From contig CAYQJL010000018.1 in assembly GCA_964417675.1 (NCBI GenBank), positions 16,760 to 80,759 of the forward strand: DNA of 64,000 nt. The letters are read 5' to 3'. The DNA is from an uncultured bacterium. GTDB lineage: Bacteria; Eisenbacteria; RBG-16-71-46; CAIMUX01; WJJG01. Position numbers and translations under genes: made by a program. Shown here in pieces: positions 8,873 to 19,547 of this stretch. Numbering within the stretch: position 1 is the first letter of the stretch; each line of letters opens with the position of its first letter. Below the pieces are notes generated by a model. The model had not been told where the DNA came from. It worked only from the letters and a program-made list of their open reading frames with translations, and did no database searches.

Positions 8873-10879
8873 TCAGGCGGATTGCCCGCGGGAGGAGAGG
8901 ACCGTAGCGATCAGATCCAGAATGCGGCGGCTGGCATCGCCGGGGCGTGCGCCATAGGTCCGCTCGATGAACTCCTCCCGGGCCGCCGGGCTGACCGTTG
9001 CGAATGTGTCGGTTTCCAGGAGGGTGCGCAGCAGGCGGTCCATAGAGGGACCATCCTGAATCGTGGGCAGTTCCTCAGGTATGGGAACGCTTCCGGACGC
9101 GGCCCCGCGGGGCCGGCGAATCCAGGCCGAGGGCACGCCGTGTAGCAACGCTTCGGCAACCTGCTCCGAGTCCGAGGTCATGACCAGATCCACCGCCGCC
9201 ATGCTCTCGGACAGGGCATCCTGCTGGATCAGGTGAATCCAGCGAAGACCGTTGGCGGCGGCCATCTGGCGTGCCGCCACCATCTCCCCGCGCAGCAGGC
9301 CCGGCAGACCGAGCACGAGGAAGATCCCGCGCCCACCCCTGCCGCTTGAGGCGAGCCAGGCCAGGACCTCCGGCAATTCCTGGCTCTGGCAGCCCAGATA
9401 GATCACCTTCTGATCCTCGTCCACGCCCCAGAGCCGCCGCAGGCGCTGGCGCTCACCGTCATCCCGGGAACCGGCCTCGGGCGCGCCCTCCAGTCGCGGG
9501 TCGCCGGTGACCACGACCTGCGCCGGCTCGAATGCTCCGCGCTCGACCAGCCGGCGTTTGGTCTCCGGGGTGTACACGCACAGGCTGTCGGGCAGGCAGA
9601 TGGCATGCGACCGGTCCGGCGGCGCAGACAGATAGGCATCGTCCCAGCGCTGCAGAGGCTGAGTCTGGAGAGCCACGGTGGGGATGTTCATCCGCCGCGC
9701 GGCCACCAACAGCGGCAGATTGGCATCCTGCTCGTGTGTGAGCAGGATGACATCCGGACGAATCCCCCGCAGAAAATGGGATTCCCGCCGCGTATCCCGC
9801 ACGAATTTCGGGAGCGCGCTGCGGGTGGCCTTGTCCAGCCAGTGCAACAGCAGCGCGGACATGTCCAGATCGTTGAACCGCAGCGACTCGACAAAGCCCT
9901 CCCGCTGCTTCAGGCGGTTCCATGTCCGCAGGATGCTGCGGGTCTCGCGGAACCCGCGACTGGTCTGCGCCAGCAGAAACAGGAAGTGCCTCAGATGAAC
10001 GGGCGCCAGAATTCCCGAGGTCATGGCCCCCACGTCCGGGTGATAGCTGTCGGAACGATAGTAGGGACGCAGCGGCTGGCGGCGCGCCGCGCGCCAGACC
10101 GATTCGAGATGGACATCCGTGCGGCCCCAGCGCCCGCCCGGGGCCAGGCGACGGCGCCAGCAGTTCGTATGCGAGACCAGCAGGACCTTCGGCTTGCGCA
10201 CAAAAATGTCGTCGAAGAGAAACTGGACGCCATGCCAGGCATCCTGCAGAAGGAAGAAGAGTTTGCGCATCCGGCGCTCGGCCATGGTCTCCTCGGGCAC
10301 GGGGGCGGGCGGCTCGACATACGCCAGGACAACCCGCAGGCGCAGGCCGAACTGGCGGGCCAGCTCGCGCAGCAGCATGCGCTGATCATCCGAAAGGCCC
10401 ACTGCCAACACGACCCTGTCGCGCTCCGCGAACATCCGCGCCATCGCCGTGCGCTGTGCGCCGATCTCGCACACCCAGCGGATGAGTCGGTCGCGAAGAA
10501 AGGCCCAGAAGCTGACATCTCCGGCGGAGAAGACCGTCCCGAAGTCCCAGCGTTGCGAGAGCTCATCGACCCAGGCGCGAGCCGCCTCGAGGGCGTCGTC
10601 GTCCGGTTCGGAGAACCGGCAATCCCCGCTGTGCCGGCAGAAGGCGCGCAGCCCGAAGAGCGGCGAGGGCACTTCCTGATAGCCGGCCGGCAGGCTGGCC
10701 ATCTCCCCGTCGGGCCAGAATGCGGGCAGCAACTGTCGCACCACGGAGGAGGACAGCAACGGATGCACCAGGAGCAGATCAGGATCAATCGAGGACGCTC
10801 GATCGCGATCATCCGCATAGTGGACATGATCGGGGAGCTGCCCGACCTCCTGGTGTGATGGATCTTTCGGTGTGTTCAT
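8873..10879 (-). CDS. Surface-carbohydrate biosynthesis protein, GT-B fold (UDP-GlcNAc 2-epimerase/glycerophosphotransferase-like)
   Basis: RPDVILL, ARRMNIPTVALQ, VVVTGDPR, DLVMTSDS..AEALLHGVP, GDASRRI motifs; adjacent to glycosyltransferases. Confidence 0.65.
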   Translation of the reverse strand: MNTPKDPSHQEVGQLPDHVHYADDRDRASSIDPDLLLVHPLLSSSVVRQLLPAFWPDGEMASLPAGYQEVPSPLFGLRAFCRHSGDCRFSEPDDDALEAARAWVDELSQRWDFGTVFSAGDVSFWAFLRDRLIRWVCEIGAQRTAMARMFAERDRVVLAVGLSDDQRMLLRELARQFGLRLRVVLAYVEPPAPVPEETMAERRMRKLFFLLQDAWHGVQFLFDDIFVRKPKVLLVSHTNCWRRRLAPGGRWGRTDVHLESVWRAARRQPLRPYYRSDSYHPDVGAMTSGILAPVHLRHFLFLLAQTSRGFRETRSILRTWNRLKQREGFVESLRFNDLDMSALLLHWLDKATRSALPKFVRDTRRESHFLRGIRPDVILLTHEQDANLPLLVAARRMNIPTVALQTQPLQRWDDAYLSAPPDRSHAICLPDSLCVYTPETKRRLVERGAFEPAQVVVTGDPRLEGAPEAGSRDDGERQRLRRLWGVDEDQKVIYLGCQSQELPEVLAWLASSGRGGRGIFLVLGLPGLLRGEMVAARQMAAANGLRWIHLIQQDALSESMAAVDLVMTSDSEQVAEALLHGVPSAWIRRPRGAASGSVPIPEELPTIQDGPSMDRLLRTLLETDTFATVSPAAREEFIERTYGARPGDASRRILDLIATVLSSRGQSA

Positions 10880-10916
10880 CCGCGCTCCCGATTCGCGGTC
10901 TGCGAGCCGACCCGAT

Positions 10917-11852
10917 TCAAGCGTCCCGGCCGAAGCGGCGCAGGCGACGCCTCTGCTGGCGACGCAGGAACTCCATTTCCTCCTGCTTCAGGAACCGGGC
11001 CTCCCTCTGGATCGCCGACCAGAGGAAACCGCACAGCATGGCAACCCCGCCCAGCAGGAACGGCGATTCGCGCAGCCCCGCCCGGACGGCCCGTCCCAGA
11101 AGGAACCACGGATCATACCCCAAACGCCAGGCGGTGTGTCCCAATCGCACGCGGCCCCGCAGGCGCCCACCCACCGAGGCGGTCGGCCGGCGGTGCCAAA
11201 CGCGTAGATCCGGGAAGCTGCGCGTGCTCCATCCGGCCATCTGCGCCCGAACCAGATCCAACGTGTCCCATCCCAGGCCGGCCTCGAGGCCGCCGATCGC
11301 CTCGAATGCCTCCCGGCGATAGGTTTTCAAGGCCCCGCGCACATGCCTGGCGGGCACACGCTCGAGCTGCTCCTTGGCTCCCCGGCGAAGATAGCAGGCC
11401 CCACCGGCGATGCCCAGCCGCGGATCATCGAGAAAACGCGCTGTCAGGCGGGCCAGGTAGTCCGGGGGCAGGACCAGATCCCCATCCATCTTGGTCACGA
11501 AATCGAACTGCGCGGGATCCACCTCCTGCAAACCCCGCCGAAACAGCTCGACGACGCGGCCGCCCAAGGCACGGCCGCCGGCCAGCCTGGCGCGGACCAG
11601 CTGCATGTGAGGTGCCCGACTCAGGTAGCGCTCCACGATCGCGACGGTGTCGTCGTCGGAACCGTCATCCACCAGGATCCACCGGACCGGCGGCAGGGTT
11701 TGCTTCAACATCGATTCGATCATGTCGCCGATGAACGCCGCCTCATTCTTGACCGGCGTCACGATCAGGTGCCGGCAACCCGGCCCGGGTCCCTCCGAAC
11801 GTTTCCGGCCGAGGTCCGCGACCCGGCGCTCTTTCTCTGGCCGCACTGACAT
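10917..11852 (-). CDS. Glycosyltransferase family 2
   Basis: IVTPVKNEA, WILVDDGSDD, KMDGD (DxD), GWDTLD. Start overlaps the upstream stop (TGATG). Confidence 0.9.
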   Translation of the reverse strand: MSVRPEKERRVADLGRKRSEGPGPGCRHLIVTPVKNEAAFIGDMIESMLKQTLPPVRWILVDDGSDDDTVAIVERYLSRAPHMQLVRARLAGGRALGGRVVELFRRGLQEVDPAQFDFVTKMDGDLVLPPDYLARLTARFLDDPRLGIAGGACYLRRGAKEQLERVPARHVRGALKTYRREAFEAIGGLEAGLGWDTLDLVRAQMAGWSTRSFPDLRVWHRRPTASVGGRLRGRVRLGHTAWRLGYDPWFLLGRAVRAGLRESPFLLGGVAMLCGFLWSAIQREARFLKQEEMEFLRRQQRRRLRRFGRDA

Positions 11853-12877
11853 CACAGGCTCCCGCACCCCCCGCGGCCGGTGCGCGCCACCAGGTCGAGC
11901 CAGGCACGCTCGAATCGCTCGGGAGTGAACTGGGCGGCGAACCTGCGGCCCCGCGCGCCGACCTCCCGTGCCCAGGCCGGATCGCTGCGCAGTCGCCGCA
12001 GGATCGAGCGAATCTCCTCCGGGTCCTCGCTGGCGAACTGCCCGCCGCCCTCGAGGAGTTCCCGCATGCCGCCGCGCCCGGATCCGATCACCGGCGTCGC
12101 GCACATCATCGCCTCATGCGCGGAGATACACCATCCCTCATCGAACTGCGACAACAAGAGCGCGGCCTCGGCATGGTGCAGCAGCTTCAGGTAGTCCGGG
12201 TAGCTTCCCTCCACATTCGGACAGGGCAGCTCGATGCGCGGGCGCCCGCTGGTCACGGGTTGGAAATCCTCTCCGCGCAGGATCGCCAGGGCCCGCTCCG
12301 AGCCTTTGCCGCGGCCCCGGTTTCCGACGTACACGAGACGGCCCGGCGGCAAACCCAGACGCCGCCGAAACTCGGCGTCATCTTCGGTGGTCACACAGCC
12401 GAAATCCTGCGGGTCGATCGCGTTGTGGATGACGTGGACAGCTCTGCGGCCGCCGGCAAGAAGCCGCGCTTGCCAGTATCGACTGACGGTGACGATCGCG
12501 TCGATCTCGCGGAGGCGGTGGAGCGCCACGCGGTCGGCGATCTCATTGTAAAGGCGGTTCGGCTGCACCCGGGCGTCATGGTGATGCAGGAGAACGATCT
12601 GCGGCCCTTCGGTCTGCAGCGGCCCGAGAAAGGCCATTTCCCGAAAATCCCGAATCCACAGGTCCTTCTGTCCGTGGATGCGTTGAAGACGGCGGGCAAA
12701 GGCCACTCGCTCCACCACCTTCTCCAGCATTCCGGGCGGGCGTCGATCCTCAATCGCGAACAGCTCGACTTCATGACGGCGGCACAGGCAGTCGTAGAGA
12801 CGCCTGCGATAGGCCAATCCACCTCCAATGCCGGAGGGGGAAAGCAGATCATGCCTTGTGATGAAGCCGATTCGCAT
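11852..12877 (-). CDS. Glycosyltransferase family 4
   Basis: MRIGFI start, VSRYW, VIHNAID, KG, EGWCISAHEAMMCATPVIGSGRGGMREL (EX7E). Confidence 0.9.
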   Translation of the reverse strand: MRIGFITRHDLLSPSGIGGGLAYRRRLYDCLCRRHEVELFAIEDRRPPGMLEKVVERVAFARRLQRIHGQKDLWIRDFREMAFLGPLQTEGPQIVLLHHHDARVQPNRLYNEIADRVALHRLREIDAIVTVSRYWQARLLAGGRRAVHVIHNAIDPQDFGCVTTEDDAEFRRRLGLPPGRLVYVGNRGRGKGSERALAILRGEDFQPVTSGRPRIELPCPNVEGSYPDYLKLLHHAEAALLLSQFDEGWCISAHEAMMCATPVIGSGRGGMRELLEGGGQFASEDPEEIRSILRRLRSDPAWAREVGARGRRFAAQFTPERFERAWLDLVARTGRGGCGSL

Positions 12878-13002
12878 CGGGAGCCGACTATCCGCTTGGC
12901 GACGGTGGACTGTCAAGCCCCGCCGGTGGTTTTGGATTTTCAATTGGGATGGCACGCGCTAGACTGGCGCGCGAACCATCATGATCATGGGCACTGGATC
13001 CC

Positions 13003-15093
13003 GTGTCCCCGGCCAACAGGAGGGCCTTCGTGTCGATCAAGTTCACTCTCGCCGCCTGGATCTGCGGATGGATCGTCCTGTCCGTGATGCTACCGTCTCT
13101 GGCCCACGCGCAGTACAACACCCAACTCGATCCGGAGGCCCCGGATGAGGAGTATTTCACAGCCGCGGAAACCCTCGATATCCTGGTGCTCAATGGCATC
13201 GACGAACGGATCGGCGCGCAGTACCTGGAACGTTTCGAGAAGGGACGCACCTTCAGTGAGGCTGAAGTGGACGTGATGGTGCGCGTGATGGCTCCCGGTG
13301 TTCCGGAGAAGGAGGAACCGGAAAAGGAGACCACGGACGGCGATCCTCGAGAAGCCGTCCTCCTGTTTCCGGAAATCATCTACCCCACCGATCTTGCCAA
13401 GCGGATCATCAAGCCCTTCGGCTACGACTTCTTCCGCAAACTGCCGCTCCCCGGGTTGCCGGTCGAGGACATCACGGTGGGTCCCGAGTACGTCGTGGGG
13501 ATCGGAGATGAGATCCTGATCACCTTGTGGGGCGATGTCGATCGACGCTACACGCGGGTCATTGACCGGCAGGGGCGCCTGGTCCTGCCCGACATTGGCG
13601 TCATCACGGCCGCCGGCAAGAATCTCGGCGAGCTACGCCAGGAACTCGAGGGCGCCTTCGGCCAGATCTACCGGGGATCCCGGATGACCGTCTCGCTGGG
13701 GGACGTGCGCACGATCCAGGTCTATGTCTCGGGTGATGTCCACCGTCCGGGCGCTTACCGCATGAGTGCGCTTTCGACCGTGCTTACCGCCCTCTATCAC
13801 GCCGGCGGGCCCACCGTTTCCGGTTCGCTGCGTAGCATCCACGTGTCCCGTCGCGGACGCGAGATGCAGGAGATCGATCTCTACTCCTTCCTGCTTTCCG
13901 GAGACCGGGACGTGGACATCCCCCTGCAGAGCGGCGATGTCGTGCATGTCAACTCCCTGGGCCCCACCGTCCAGGTCACGGGGGAGGTGCGACGGCAGGC
14001 GATCTATGAGATTCAGAGCGGTGAAACCGTGCGGGACCTGATCCACCTCGCCGGCGGACTCACCGAACTCGCGCTCGATCACAAGATCTCGGTCGACCGC
14101 GTCACCGAGACCCGCGGCGATCAAGTCTATCGCATCAACTGGAAAGATCCGGCCCAGGACCTCACCCTGCGGGGAGGTGACGAGGTCACCATCTACTCGG
14201 TCTATCAGGCCCATCCGAAGGAGTTCGTGGAGATCTACGGCCGGGTCCACGAACCGGGCGTCTACCGCCTGGTCCCCGGCATGCTCGTATCGGATCTTCT
14301 GTTCCGGGCCGGAGGGTTGCAGGAGGGCGCCTACCGGGACCGGGCCGAAGTCAGCCGCCTGATCGAGGGCGTGGGCGACTCCCTCACCCGTACCGAATTG
14401 CATACGATCCCCCTGCAGGCAATCCTGGTTGACCCCGACCATCCCGACAACCTGCTCCTCCAGAAGGGCGACAAGCTCTTCGTGCGCACGATGCCCGGTT
14501 GGCAGCCCTCGCCGGTCGTCTCGGTCGAGGGCGAGGTGCGCTTCCCCGGCAAGTATGGGCTCAAGGGGCTGTCCGAGCGCATCGGCACCCTGATGGGCCG
14601 GGCCGGCGGCCCCACCGAGGACGCCTTCCTCAAGGGTGCCCAGCTCCACCGCCTAAACGAGGGTCGCATCATCATCGACTTCAGCAAGGCGCTCAAGACG
14701 CCCACCAGCCCCGACAACATCGAGATCGCCCACGGGGATTCGATTCATGTGCCTCGTCTGCCCGAGACGATCCGGGTCTCGGGGGCGGTCGCCAATCCCG
14801 GACAGCTCCTCTATGTGCCGGGCAAGAAATCCAGCTACTACGTCGCGAACACGGGGGGCTACACCGAGAACGCCAATCGGGGGGGGGTCAAGATCCAGCG
14901 GGTCACCGGCGAGGTGATCTCCGCCAAGCGCCGGCTCTGGCCCGATCCGCAGGTCCAGCGCGGGGACCAGATCGTCGTGCTTGCTCAGGAAGAGAAGCGC
15001 CCGGTCGACTGGGGCCGGCGCCTGCGTGATGCAACGACGATCGTGGCCAGCCTGGCGACGACCGTCTACATCATCTCCAATATCGACAACTAG
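13003..15093 (+). CDS. Polysaccharide export protein with multiple SLBB domains (Wza/KpsD-like)
   Basis: PFGYDFF, YVVGIGDEI..LWG, repeated V.G.V.RPG.Y and ..AGG motifs, IDLYSFLLSG. Confidence 0.9.
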   Translation: MSPANRRAFVSIKFTLAAWICGWIVLSVMLPSLAHAQYNTQLDPEAPDEEYFTAAETLDILVLNGIDERIGAQYLERFEKGRTFSEAEVDVMVRVMAPGVPEKEEPEKETTDGDPREAVLLFPEIIYPTDLAKRIIKPFGYDFFRKLPLPGLPVEDITVGPEYVVGIGDEILITLWGDVDRRYTRVIDRQGRLVLPDIGVITAAGKNLGELRQELEGAFGQIYRGSRMTVSLGDVRTIQVYVSGDVHRPGAYRMSALSTVLTALYHAGGPTVSGSLRSIHVSRRGREMQEIDLYSFLLSGDRDVDIPLQSGDVVHVNSLGPTVQVTGEVRRQAIYEIQSGETVRDLIHLAGGLTELALDHKISVDRVTETRGDQVYRINWKDPAQDLTLRGGDEVTIYSVYQAHPKEFVEIYGRVHEPGVYRLVPGMLVSDLLFRAGGLQEGAYRDRAEVSRLIEGVGDSLTRTELHTIPLQAILVDPDHPDNLLLQKGDKLFVRTMPGWQPSPVVSVEGEVRFPGKYGLKGLSERIGTLMGRAGGPTEDAFLKGAQLHRLNEGRIIIDFSKALKTPTSPDNIEIAHGDSIHVPRLPETIRVSGAVANPGQLLYVPGKKSSYYVANTGGYTENANRGGVKIQRVTGEVISAKRRLWPDPQVQRGDQIVVLAQEEKRPVDWGRRLRDATTIVASLATTVYIISNIDN

Positions 15094-15158
15094 ACGCGGC
15101 ACGACGCAGAGCAAGGCCGCCCCGCGGTGCACCTGCGGCGGTGGCGCCCAGGGCATGC

Positions 15159-16631
15159 ATGACCAAGCTGACAACCCAAGCCGGCAGGGTGTCCCTCGGC
15201 CGCGGCGTCGCGGCGATGGCCGGGCTGGCCACGGCCATGATCCTGTCGCGGATGCTGGATGAGCACGCCTACGGCACCTACCGGCAAGTCTGGCTGGTCT
15301 TCTTCACCCTGGCCCCGATCCTGGAGCTGGGCATCCCTCCCAGCGTCTCCTTTTTCCTTCCACAGCTGACCCGGCCCGACCTGAAACCGTACCTGGTGCA
15401 ACACAGCACGCTGCTCCTGCTCTCGGGCGCCGTCATGGGGCTCGGGTGCATCGGTCTGGGCGATGAGGTGGGAGCCCTTTTCGGAAACCCGGACCTGGGC
15501 CGGCAACTGCGGCTCTTCGCCCTCTTCCCCGCCCTGACCCTTCCATTCCATATGACCGAGAACACCTTGGTCGCGCTGGGCCATGGCGGCAAGGCCGGCT
15601 GGGTGTCGGCCGGCAGCGCCCTGCTGCAGATGGGCGTCATCCTGGGAGCGCTTCAGTGGGGCGGTTCGCTGGAGAGCCTGTTCTGGGCGCTGTCGATCTG
15701 GGCGTTGGTGCGCTGGATCGCGTCCGCCGCATCGCTCTACACCCTGACCCGCCGGCTCCCCTTCCGATGGAACCTGGCCATGCTGCGATCGCAGGTCTTC
15801 TTCGCCATGCCGATGGCCGTGGCCACGATGGCCGGCGTGGTGGGACGTCATCTCGACAAGGTGGTGATCTCATCCTTCTTCACACCCGAGCAATACGCCA
15901 TCTATGCCAATGGATCCTATGACATCCCGCTGATCAACATCCTCACGATGTCGGTCACGGCGGTTCTGGTGCCGTCGATCGTGCGGGCCCGCATGGGCGA
16001 GAACCGGGCGGAGGTCAAGCGCCTGTGGCACGGCAGCGCCCGGCGCCTGGCCTGGGCGCTCTTTCCGGCCAGCGTGCTGCTCTTCCTGCTCGCCGAGCCG
16101 TTCATGATTCTGCTCTTCTCGTCCAAGTACGCCGCCAGCGCGGGACCGTTCCGGGTTCTGGTGCTGATCCTGCCGATCCGTATCGCCATGCACAGCGCCT
16201 TCCTGCGCGCCCTGGGCTCGACCCAACCGATCCTGCGCGCCTCGCTGCTGGCGCTCGCATCCAGCCTGATCCTGGCGTTGATTCTTGTTCGGGTCCCGGC
16301 ACTGGGTCTGCTGGGTCCGGCGATTGCCGCGGTGGTGGGCTCGTATCTGGCGGTCGTCTACACCATCCATGTCGTGGTCCGGATCCTGGGCTGGCGCTGG
16401 CGGGATTACTTCCCCTGGCGCGCGTTGGGCGCCATGATGCTCGTGGCTCTCGCGGCGGCTCTCCCGGCTCTGGCAAGCGCCGGCTGGATGTCGAGCCATT
16501 CGGTCTGGCTGCGCCTCCTGGTCCCTGGCACGACCTACGGCGCCGCCTATCTTCTCCTGGGTTGGCTCACCGGCGCCGCTCATCCGCGCGAATGGCTCCA
16601 GGCCCTCAACGATCTGCTCCGCAGACGCTAG
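15159..16631 (+). CDS. Oligosaccharide flippase (Wzx/MOP superfamily)
   Basis: About 12-14 hydrophobic helices; LSRML...YGTY, LDKVVIS..F...YAIYANG, LFSSKYAAS. Confidence 0.85.
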   Translation: MTKLTTQAGRVSLGRGVAAMAGLATAMILSRMLDEHAYGTYRQVWLVFFTLAPILELGIPPSVSFFLPQLTRPDLKPYLVQHSTLLLLSGAVMGLGCIGLGDEVGALFGNPDLGRQLRLFALFPALTLPFHMTENTLVALGHGGKAGWVSAGSALLQMGVILGALQWGGSLESLFWALSIWALVRWIASAASLYTLTRRLPFRWNLAMLRSQVFFAMPMAVATMAGVVGRHLDKVVISSFFTPEQYAIYANGSYDIPLINILTMSVTAVLVPSIVRARMGENRAEVKRLWHGSARRLAWALFPASVLLFLLAEPFMILLFSSKYAASAGPFRVLVLILPIRIAMHSAFLRALGSTQPILRASLLALASSLILALILVRVPALGLLGPAIAAVVGSYLAVVYTIHVVVRILGWRWRDYFPWRALGAMMLVALAAALPALASAGWMSSHSVWLRLLVPGTTYGAAYLLLGWLTGAAHPREWLQALNDLLRRR

Positions 16632-16808
16632 CACCCCGGCCGGTGCTCCCCCCAGGCGACGCTCCCCCCAGGCGACGCTTCCCCCAGGCGACGCTTCCCC
16701 CGGGCGACGCTAGCACCCCGGGCGACGCTAGCACCCCGGCCGGTGCTCCCCCCGGGCGGCGCTTGCCCCGGGCGACGCTAGCACCCCAGGCGGCGCTTCC
16801 CCCGGGCG
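16625..16808. repeat. Intergenic array of about 10 imperfect 16-18-bp GC-rich units (GGCGACGCT...CCCC)
   Basis: Units such as aggcgacgcttccccc and gggcgacgctagcacccc lie between the convergent wzx and lepB stops. Confidence 0.8.
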
Positions 16809-16822
16809 TTCGGGCGGCAGGG

Positions 16823-17521
16823 CTAGTGCGAGTAGGACGTCAGCAGCTTCCCAATGCGCTCAATCCGCGGCGCTTGCAGCTTCCCCCACTCCCCGCTGAA
16901 GAACGCCTTCCAATCCCAGTGCCAGGAGAAGTAGAGAATGTCCGCCTTGGCAATCACCAGCGGCAAGGCCACCGGGCCGAACATGCGGCTGTCCCGGCTG
17001 TTGTCGCGATTGTCGCCCATGCACCAGATCGTCCCGGGCGGAACCAGATAGGGGCCGAAGTTGTCATGGGGAACCACACGCACGTGCTTGGTATACGGCT
17101 CGTCAAGCGCGTCTCCGTCCACGAAGAGCTGCTCGTTGCGCATCTCCACGCGCTGGCCGCCGATGGCCACGCAGCGCTTGATCAACGTCTCGCCGGTTTC
17201 AGGACTCTTGAAGATGACGACATCTCCGGGCTTGGGATCCCGGAAGCCCGGCATCCGCTTGCCTTCCATCAGGGGGATCCGAGCGCCATAGGTGATCTTG
17301 TCGGCGAAGAGGAAATCACCCACCAGAAGCGTATCTTCCATCGATCCCGATGGGATGCGATAGCCTTGGACAACGAACGTCACCAAAGGAAGGAAAATGA
17401 TCAGGACCGTCACGATCGTCCGCAGCCAATCGACTCCCTCGTCGACCCACTCCTGCTTGCTCTGCGGGATCTGAAACACGGAGCGGGCCGCCTGTGGCGA
17501 ACCGCTGTCCTTCTTTGCCAT
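16823..17521 (-). CDS. lepB: Signal peptidase I
   Basis: IPSGSMEDTLLVGD (catalytic Ser), IKRCVA (catalytic Lys), MGDNRDNSRDSRMFG. Confidence 0.95.
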   Translation of the reverse strand: MAKKDSGSPQAARSVFQIPQSKQEWVDEGVDWLRTIVTVLIIFLPLVTFVVQGYRIPSGSMEDTLLVGDFLFADKITYGARIPLMEGKRMPGFRDPKPGDVVIFKSPETGETLIKRCVAIGGQRVEMRNEQLFVDGDALDEPYTKHVRVVPHDNFGPYLVPPGTIWCMGDNRDNSRDSRMFGPVALPLVIAKADILYFSWHWDWKAFFSGEWGKLQAPRIERIGKLLTSYSH

Positions 17522-17645
17522 GAAATTGCCTCCGCCCTCATCCTACGCGCGGCGGGCCTTCCGGTTCCGCCGGGCCGGACACGAAATGGGCCCCGGAGGT
17601 CCCGCGGGGCCCTGCAAGCACACCTGACCGGCTAGGGGATGGGGC

Positions 17646-18338
17646 TCAATCATCCGGGTCAGAATCGGCCGACCTGTCCAGCTTCTCCCTGAAGCCGATC
17701 CGATAGTAAGGGTTAACGACGCTGCTGGCTACATTCTTCAGATGGGCGCTGACACGTTTCAGGTAGCGCAGGTACAGGGCGGCGGTCACCGCCGCGCCGG
17801 AGTCGTCCTTGAGCGCCCGTCCGGTGATCAGTTCGTGCAGGCACTCATCGACCCGATCGACGATCGACTGGTGATCGCCCAGGATCCGGCGGGCGACATC
17901 ACTGTCCGAGGTCGAGATACAACCCGGCAAGGCGGCAAACATCTCGCGCACCGTGGACTCCGCAGCCGCGATCTCGCTCTCGATGTCGCCCATCCGGAAC
18001 GCCTGGGGATGGGCGGAGGCCAGCTCCAGAATGTTCTTGGTATAGTCGCCGATCCGCTCGATGTCGATCACGATGGCGGTCAGAACCAGGGCGGTGTTGA
18101 TGTCCGGGTTGTTCGACACGGCCAGGTGCGAGACGATGTTGCGGCGCACCCGGCGCTCGAACTTGTTGATCGCCCGGTCCCGATCGTAGATATCCGTCTT
18201 GAGCACCCCCTCTCGGTGCAGGGAGGCCACTGCATCAAGGAACATGGCCTCGCATTGCCTGAGCATCTCCAGGCACGCGTCGAAGGACTCCTGGCACAGG
18301 GAGTCGCGTCTCCATAACGACAGGAATTGCTTCAGCAT
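17646..18338 (-). CDS. phoU: PhoU-domain phosphate uptake regulator
   Basis: DRAINKFER, DIERIGDYTKNI, LKRVSAHLKNVA repeats; directly downstream of the Na/Pi cotransporter. Confidence 0.85.
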   Translation of the reverse strand: MLKQFLSLWRRDSLCQESFDACLEMLRQCEAMFLDAVASLHREGVLKTDIYDRDRAINKFERRVRRNIVSHLAVSNNPDINTALVLTAIVIDIERIGDYTKNILELASAHPQAFRMGDIESEIAAAESTVREMFAALPGCISTSDSDVARRILGDHQSIVDRVDECLHELITGRALKDDSGAAVTAALYLRYLKRVSAHLKNVASSVVNPYYRIGFREKLDRSADSDPDD

Positions 18339-18341
18339 GGG

Positions 18342-19547
18342 TCACCTTTCCGAGGTGTGTCTCAGCGCCAGATAGAGAATGGGAACGGCGTAGATCACGA
18401 CATAGGCGATGACGACCGACATCGTGTTGCGGCGCGAACGCCCGGCCAGCCGGCCCAAGCGATTGGCCAGCCCGATGGGGATGTCCCGCAATGGATAGAA
18501 CACGGCAATCCCGAACAGATTGAAGATCATGTGGGCGAAGGCCACGGTGATCGCCGCCGGGCTCCCGGTCGCAAACGAGGCGAGAATCGCCGTGATTGTG
18601 GTTCCCAGATTCGCACCCATCGTATAGGCGTAGATCCGCCGCACGGTCAGAACCCCGGTCCCCACCAGAGGAACAATCAGAGAGGTCGTCGCCGAACTGC
18701 TCTGCACCAACGTCGTCAGCAGCCATCCGAGCATGAACCCGGCAAGATCATTGCGGAAGAGCACCCGGTCGAAGAAGGCCTCGAAGCGCGTCATCACCAG
18801 GTTCCGCATCACCCGCACCATTTGGGTCAAGGCGGTGAAGAGGCCGGCCAGCGCCAGCAAGAGCACCGGAATCCCATAGGGCAGCAGATGAGTGATCCAC
18901 TTCGTGGCCGGTTTGACAATCCATGTCAGCGGGCTGACCAGCTGGATGCCGCCGACGCCCAGGAAGGCTTCCTCCAGCAGCAGCGCCAAACGCTCGATCG
19001 GGTGGTGAAGGCACTCGATCGGGAAGAACACCAGGACGGCCAGGAGATTGAACAGGTCGTGCACGGTGCCGGCCGCAAAGGCCCGCTCGAATTCCCGGCG
19101 GCGGGTGACATGCCCCAGCGACACGATCGTGTTGGTGACCGTCGTGCCCACGTTGGCCCCCATCAACATGGGGATGGCCACACGCAGCGGAATCGTCCCG
19201 GCCGCCACCAGCCCCACCACCAGGGATGTCGTGAAAGAGGAGCTCTGGACGATGCTGGTCACCAGGATGCCGATCAGCAGCCCGGCCAACGGCGCCGCGG
19301 CAGTGTGGAGCAGGGAGGCGGCGAAGTCGCTTCCCATGAGTTTGAATCCGGCACCCATGAGATCGATGCTGACGAAGAACACGTAGAGAGCGGCAAGAAA
19401 CAGGAGGATCCGCAGGCCGGAGGGCACCGCCGGCCGGCACGCAACCCGCATCGGGCGAGGTGGGGCGATCGGTGCCGCAGCCGCCGGCATGCGCATCGTC
19501 CGCCTCGTCGGTGTCTCGCTCGGGCAGGTCGTGGTTTCCAAGAACAT
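18342..19547 (-). CDS. Na+/Pi cotransporter (NptA/SLC34-like)
   Basis: Two QSSS repeats (VQSSSFTTS, VQSSSATTS), GANVGTTVT and GANLGTTIT; GGAGG RBS before the ATG at 19547. Confidence 0.92.
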   Translation of the reverse strand: MFLETTTCPSETPTRRTMRMPAAAAPIAPPRPMRVACRPAVPSGLRILLFLAALYVFFVSIDLMGAGFKLMGSDFAASLLHTAAAPLAGLLIGILVTSIVQSSSFTTSLVVGLVAAGTIPLRVAIPMLMGANVGTTVTNTIVSLGHVTRRREFERAFAAGTVHDLFNLLAVLVFFPIECLHHPIERLALLLEEAFLGVGGIQLVSPLTWIVKPATKWITHLLPYGIPVLLLALAGLFTALTQMVRVMRNLVMTRFEAFFDRVLFRNDLAGFMLGWLLTTLVQSSSATTSLIVPLVGTGVLTVRRIYAYTMGANLGTTITAILASFATGSPAAITVAFAHMIFNLFGIAVFYPLRDIPIGLANRLGRLAGRSRRNTMSVVIAYVVIYAVPILYLALRHTSER